From contig RBZT01000435.1 in assembly GCA_003693705.1 (NCBI GenBank), positions 186,001 to 250,000 of the forward strand: DNA of 64,000 nt, written 5' to 3'. Positions within the stretch are counted from its first letter, which is position 1, and each line of letters starts with the position of its first letter. The notes below the pieces were generated by a model. That model worked only from the letters and a program-made list of their open reading frames with translations, was not told the origin of the DNA and searched no databases. A program made the translations under genes and the position numbers. This document shows positions 60,021 to 64,000 of this stretch, one piece after another. Source of the DNA: Polymyxa betae A26-41 (Eukaryota > Protista > Endomyxa: Phytomyxea).

Positions 60021-61001
60021 TCATGACGCCGATATCGTATTCGGGACAATCGTTCGTAGGCTTGCTAGAAGGATGGCAGCTTCGGCGGTCGCTTCTTTCT
60101 CGACCCGCTCGGATTCGGCATCGGCTTCTTCCTGATTTAAATATCTAACAGGCTCGCCCACTTTCAACCTCTTCTGCTTGCCGTTCTGATTCCTCTTCTT
60201 GATCTGCCGTTTAATGCCATCAGCTTCAGCAACCGACGCCTGAACGACTTCGTTGCGGAACGAAATCATTCGAACCGGCGACGACGACGTCCTGTCGGGT
60301 TGCGGCGCCGCTAGCTTCAGCGCATCTGGAACCAGAAGGTCGCCGATCTCATTCCCGAAATAAACGATGCTACAGGCGACCGCCGTGGCCGGTGATGTCG
60401 AATTCAGGAACCGCTCCGGAATGCTTTTTGTCTTCAGTTTCTGTCGCCGACAAGCCGCACACGAACAGATTAATCGACACGAAGGGCACGGCCACGACGC
60501 CCCGCTGGTGCCTCTTTGTTCGCCATAGAATTTCTTCAGACAGACATCGCAGTACTTCTTGCGGCAGCAATGCGACCGCTCCGACGTCTCGTCGCGCGGC
60601 GAATTGGCGCCGATCAGCGGCGACCGCTTCTTCGTGACATTGTTGCAGAACGACAGCTCCGAAAGCAGGCGCCGGCTCTTACATTGATGACAGCTGGAGC
60701 CTTGCTGATAGCCCGAGACGCCTTCGGGCTGGGGAGAGACCATGGAATCGTCGGCCAGCGAGCTCTCCACTTCCAACTTTGGGCTGGCGCCGCAGGTGAA
60801 CCGGTCCAGCAGCGATCGCAGAAGCCCGTCACAGCGGTCGTGGTCGAGCTCCAGAGGATTCACCATAGGGATAACGGCCGCGCCGGGGGATTCGAAAAAG
60901 ATCGATGGACTGAATGTCGGGCGGCGCCCGGGCGTCGTCGGCCGGCGACCTTGGATCGGCGTATGAATCGCAAACTGCGTCATCGCTGCCCCAGAAGGCA
61001 T
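60021..61001 (-). CDS. zf-4CXXC_R1 zinc-finger protein (CDCA7/JmjC-RING-like domain)
   Basis: SCHQCKSRR..FC..CRKKYCDVCLKKFYGE..WPCPSCRLICSCAACRRQK. Confidence 0.88.
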   Translation of the reverse strand: MPSGAAMTQFAIHTPIQGRRPTTPGRRPTFSPSIFFESPGAAVIPMVNPLELDHDRCDGLLRSLLDRFTCGASPKLEVESSLADDSMVSPQPEGVSGYQQGSSCHQCKSRRLLSELSFCNNVTKKRSPLIGANSPRDETSERSHCCRKKYCDVCLKKFYGEQRGTSGASWPCPSCRLICSCAACRRQKLKTKSIPERFLNSTSPATAVACSIVYFGNEIGDLLVPDALKLAAPQPDRTSSSPVRMISFRNEVVQASVAEADGIKRQIKKRNQNGKQKRLKVGEPVRYLNQEEADAESERVEKEATAEAAILLASLRTIVPNTISAS

Positions 61002-61320
61002 GTCATGGATGGGGTCAGAAGATAGTGGCCGATACGCCTCTCATGAAACTTGTAATGACGGATTGGTAGCGAGCTGGTACTAGACCGGGTGTAGCTGAGA
61101 GAATGTTTTTGGGACCCTATTTGGCAATACAGAAGCAGGATTAAGTCCGCACGCTTGCTGCTCCAATCGTGATGATCGTTTGTTGTATTATTATACCAGC
61201 ACGTAGATTCCGGATGGGATTCGGCAGATACTGGAGTCGGCTTGGGACTGGCTGTGAATCGGCAGAATCCGTTCGGGATGTCGCCACACGACGCACCAGA
61301 TATTTTCCAGATCTGGAACG

Positions 61321-62105
61321 ATGTCCGATTATGAGGTGACGATCTGTGTTGTGAAGTAAGTGGCGGCGGTTTCGTTTTCGTTGGAATTCCAACGTTTTAA
61401 AGACAGGTGTTCGTATTCAAGGTGCCGCCGCTGACCAGCGCTCAGGGCTATCGAGCTGCTGATTGGGATAAAGAGCCTCTATGGACAGGCCGCCTTCGAA
61501 TCGTTCGCAAAGGCAGCCAAGCCATGGTCCTTCTTGAGCATACCGATAAAGGTGGCCACTGCTTCATCGTCAGCAGGCTTTGTTTTGCTCAATTCTGATA
61601 GTTGGATTATTTGCTGGTTGTCCAATAGTTGATGGAGGAAACAGCGTCGAGCCAGTTTCCGATTCGTCCAGGTATTTCGTACTTCGTATTCAGGACGGCA
61701 AAGGCAATAAAGCCTGCTTGGGAATCGGGTTCAATAGCAGAGACGAAGCCTTTGATTTCAAAATTGGCATGCAGACGGCTGAGAAACCCGAGGTTGATGC
61801 TCAAATCATTAAGGCCAATGAACCGCCCATGGATTTTTCGCTCAAAGGTCCGATTAAATTGGGTTCAAGTGTCGACGCTAAAAAGAAGAAGCCGAAGGAA
61901 ACGACGTCTGGAACGTCGTTCGGAATATTATCGCCGCCAACATCGACGAAGATGCACGAAAAGCAGGCCAATAATAAGACCGTCGATCTTCTCGGCATGT
62001 CACAATCGGCAGAATGGTATCAATCTGATTGTCGGTATATCAGGAGAGACTTCTGACAAATGTTGCAGGACGTCGGGAAGCACAGAATGGGCGACATTTG
62101 ATTAG
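61321..62105 (+). CDS. NECAP: Adaptin ear-binding coat-associated protein
   Basis: VFVFKVPP..GYRAADW..WTGRLRI, LFAGCP, VEPVSDSSRYFVLRIQDG, GIGFNSRDEAFDFK, C-terminal WATF. Confidence 0.95.
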
Positions 62106-62135
62106 GCAGAAGATCGATGGTCTTTATACAATGAT

Positions 62136-63642
62136 CTATCTAATCGGATGAACACCGAAGAAGTCCAACGCTTTCGTCGCCTTAGAGTCTGTCACGTTGA
62201 AAACAGCATTGTTGGCGCACAGCTGCGTATTAGAGAGATCGATTGGCGCCGGTCGATGCTCGGTGAAGGATAATCCACTCAGAGCGTACGATGAATGATA
62301 CAGATCGGGCGACTTATCGGGTTTGTCTTTGATGCCGCCAAGTTTCGATTGGCAACAGCATAGGATATAGCGACGCAACGCCTCGGTATCAAACAGCCAA
62401 TCACGAACTTGATCTTGCGGCATTAGAATCAGGTCGACTAACGGAAAGATGCCTCCGACCCAATACGAATAGCAGGAATCCACCAGCTTGTTAGTTCGAC
62501 CTTGAAACCCCTAAACAATTCCAGAATTAAGACAAATCGACAGGCAACCGTTCGCCAATAATTACGCCTTCAATAGACAATTGCCTTCGCGACGCCCTGA
62601 TAAACACATGTTAGAAGATATATATACAGGTTGTGTATAGCATACCATCGCAATATACGTTGAGCCGAGAGAGCATCAAGTTCTCCCATCAACAATAACG
62701 AGGCAAGCCCACAAAACGCATATCTGCCGAAAAGTTCAAGAACTGAAATCTCGTCGCAAACAATTAACCGAACCCTCCATGAGCTTCATTTCCTGGCTCG
62801 CCACCTGAAAACAAACCGATTCAGAAGAATCAATCACACGATAAATGATAAACGCACCGAAAGCGCCCTCGTAGGTTTGGCAGCGTTTCACCCATTCGGC
62901 AACGCTGACTTTGAGTTCAGGTAAGGTATCGAGACAGCAGATGGCCGCCACAGCAACTGCACAATATGTCGCTCGAATATCTGCAAAATGAATCAGCAAC
63001 CCGAATCTGAACAAAGATCAAAGCCGAACCGATTTCGCCTTGGTCGTGCATGAGGAACGCGCCTGATTCCTGCTTTAGCGATAGCAGGAAAGGCCCGAGA
63101 GATTTCCTATCAATGGCAGCGTATGCTTTCTCGGTGCCGATTTCAACCAGCGTCATAACCGCCGCATATCTATCAACATTCAAATAACAATCGCATGACA
63201 ATCAAAAACAGACGTTGGAGCCAAATGTGGTAGCTGGCCAGGACCGCCGCCAAATCCTCCATTTGGATGCCGACATCGTGTGAGGAAGTCAATGATGCGA
63301 TCCTGAATATCGGAGATGGCATCAAGTTGGTCCAGCAACGCCAGCGAATGGACAATCCAGAAACAGAGCCAGGGTCGGGAGGCGTCTAGCGAAACTGCCC
63401 AGGGCGGGAGCGTCGTCAATGCGAAGACATTGAAATCAGTATGGGCTAATCGCTTCAGGGTTGTCTATGCCCGGCATCAGCATGAGCAAGACGATAGGAA
63501 ACAGCTGCCCGACATCACCGTTCTTGGAATCGGTTAACAGACCGATGCAGGCTTCCTCGACCAAACGCTGAGACCGAACGCTGGGAAATTCGTTGTCGGA
63601 TTCGTCGATGGGCACCTCAGTAACTTCGTCGACATCAGCCAT
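62136..63642 (-). CDS. FNTB: Protein farnesyltransferase beta subunit (multi-exon)
   Basis: SLDASRPWLCFWIVHSL, GGFGGGPGQLPHLAPTYAAV, CQTYEGAF, EAHGGYAFCG, GFQGRTNKLVDSCYSYWVG, DKPDKSPDLYHSSYALSGLS. Confidence 0.96.
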
Positions 63643-63785
63643 GACGACGAATAGAGCTTTGATAAGACGCAATTTTTCAGGCTGCATTAACGAAAAAACA
63701 AACAACGAGCATCAATGAGAAGTTTTGTCGATTTATTTATGACAGAAACATTAGATAAAACAAACAGTTGGCGAAATGATGACAA

Positions 63786-64000
63786 TCATACGAGCGATTG
63801 AGACGAACTTTGGCAGGTAATGGAGTCCTCCCTGGAGCTGATCGGGATCGATTCTTCGGGCACAACGATGAACTCCCAGCCGGATACCTGCAGCGTATCT
63901 ATCGGCAGCAGCCAGAATAGTTTTCGAGACCCGAAAATTGATTCGAAATTTTTCCAACGACCCTGATCGTAAGGGTTCAGGTTCGGCCTGATGAAGCCAT
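63786..64000 (-). CDS. 3' end of DHHC palmitoyltransferase (partial)
   Basis: Manual translation NPYDQGRWKNFESIFGSRKLFWLLP..SGWEF matches the PaCCT/C-terminal motif. Confidence 0.8.
   Translation of the reverse strand, partial: GFIRPNLNPYDQGRWKNFESIFGSRKLFWLLPIDTLQVSGWEFIVVPEESIPISSREDSITCQSSSQSLV

Overview
Gene-dense eukaryotic (protist) nuclear DNA with about 40 genes, many short (~45-60 nt) spliceosomal introns and very short intergenic spacers. The style suggests a plasmodiophorid or other compact rhizarian genome, but that is my impression and is unverified. Most genes are housekeeping: DEAH helicase, eIF4G, V-ATPase a, epsin, mt-S16, BiP, WDR62/MAPKBP1, VPS11, sulfite oxidase, TMEM18, MATE, DAD1, PLAA, MCPH1, WDR55, Bin3, adenylate kinase-like, RPS29, YqgF, FAM151B, profilin, NECAP, FNTB and a DHHC. 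The standout is an intron-free island at ~35.0-36.8 kb that the ORF track misses. It holds a frameshifted telomere-resolvase (protelomerase, TelN/TelK/ResT-type tyrosine recombinase) gene, convergent with a NUMOD4/HNH endonuclease and next to an AP2-like ORF. This is probably a fossil of a virus or of a linear hairpin-ended replicon. Other notable items are a Spc19-like (DASH/Dam1 kinetochore) fusion protein, a CDC14-like pseudophosphatase, a decaying tandem pair of small signal-peptide/TM genes, and a structured GC-rich element. Multi-exon gene boundaries were read by eye and are approximate. All family assignments come from motif recognition, not database searches.
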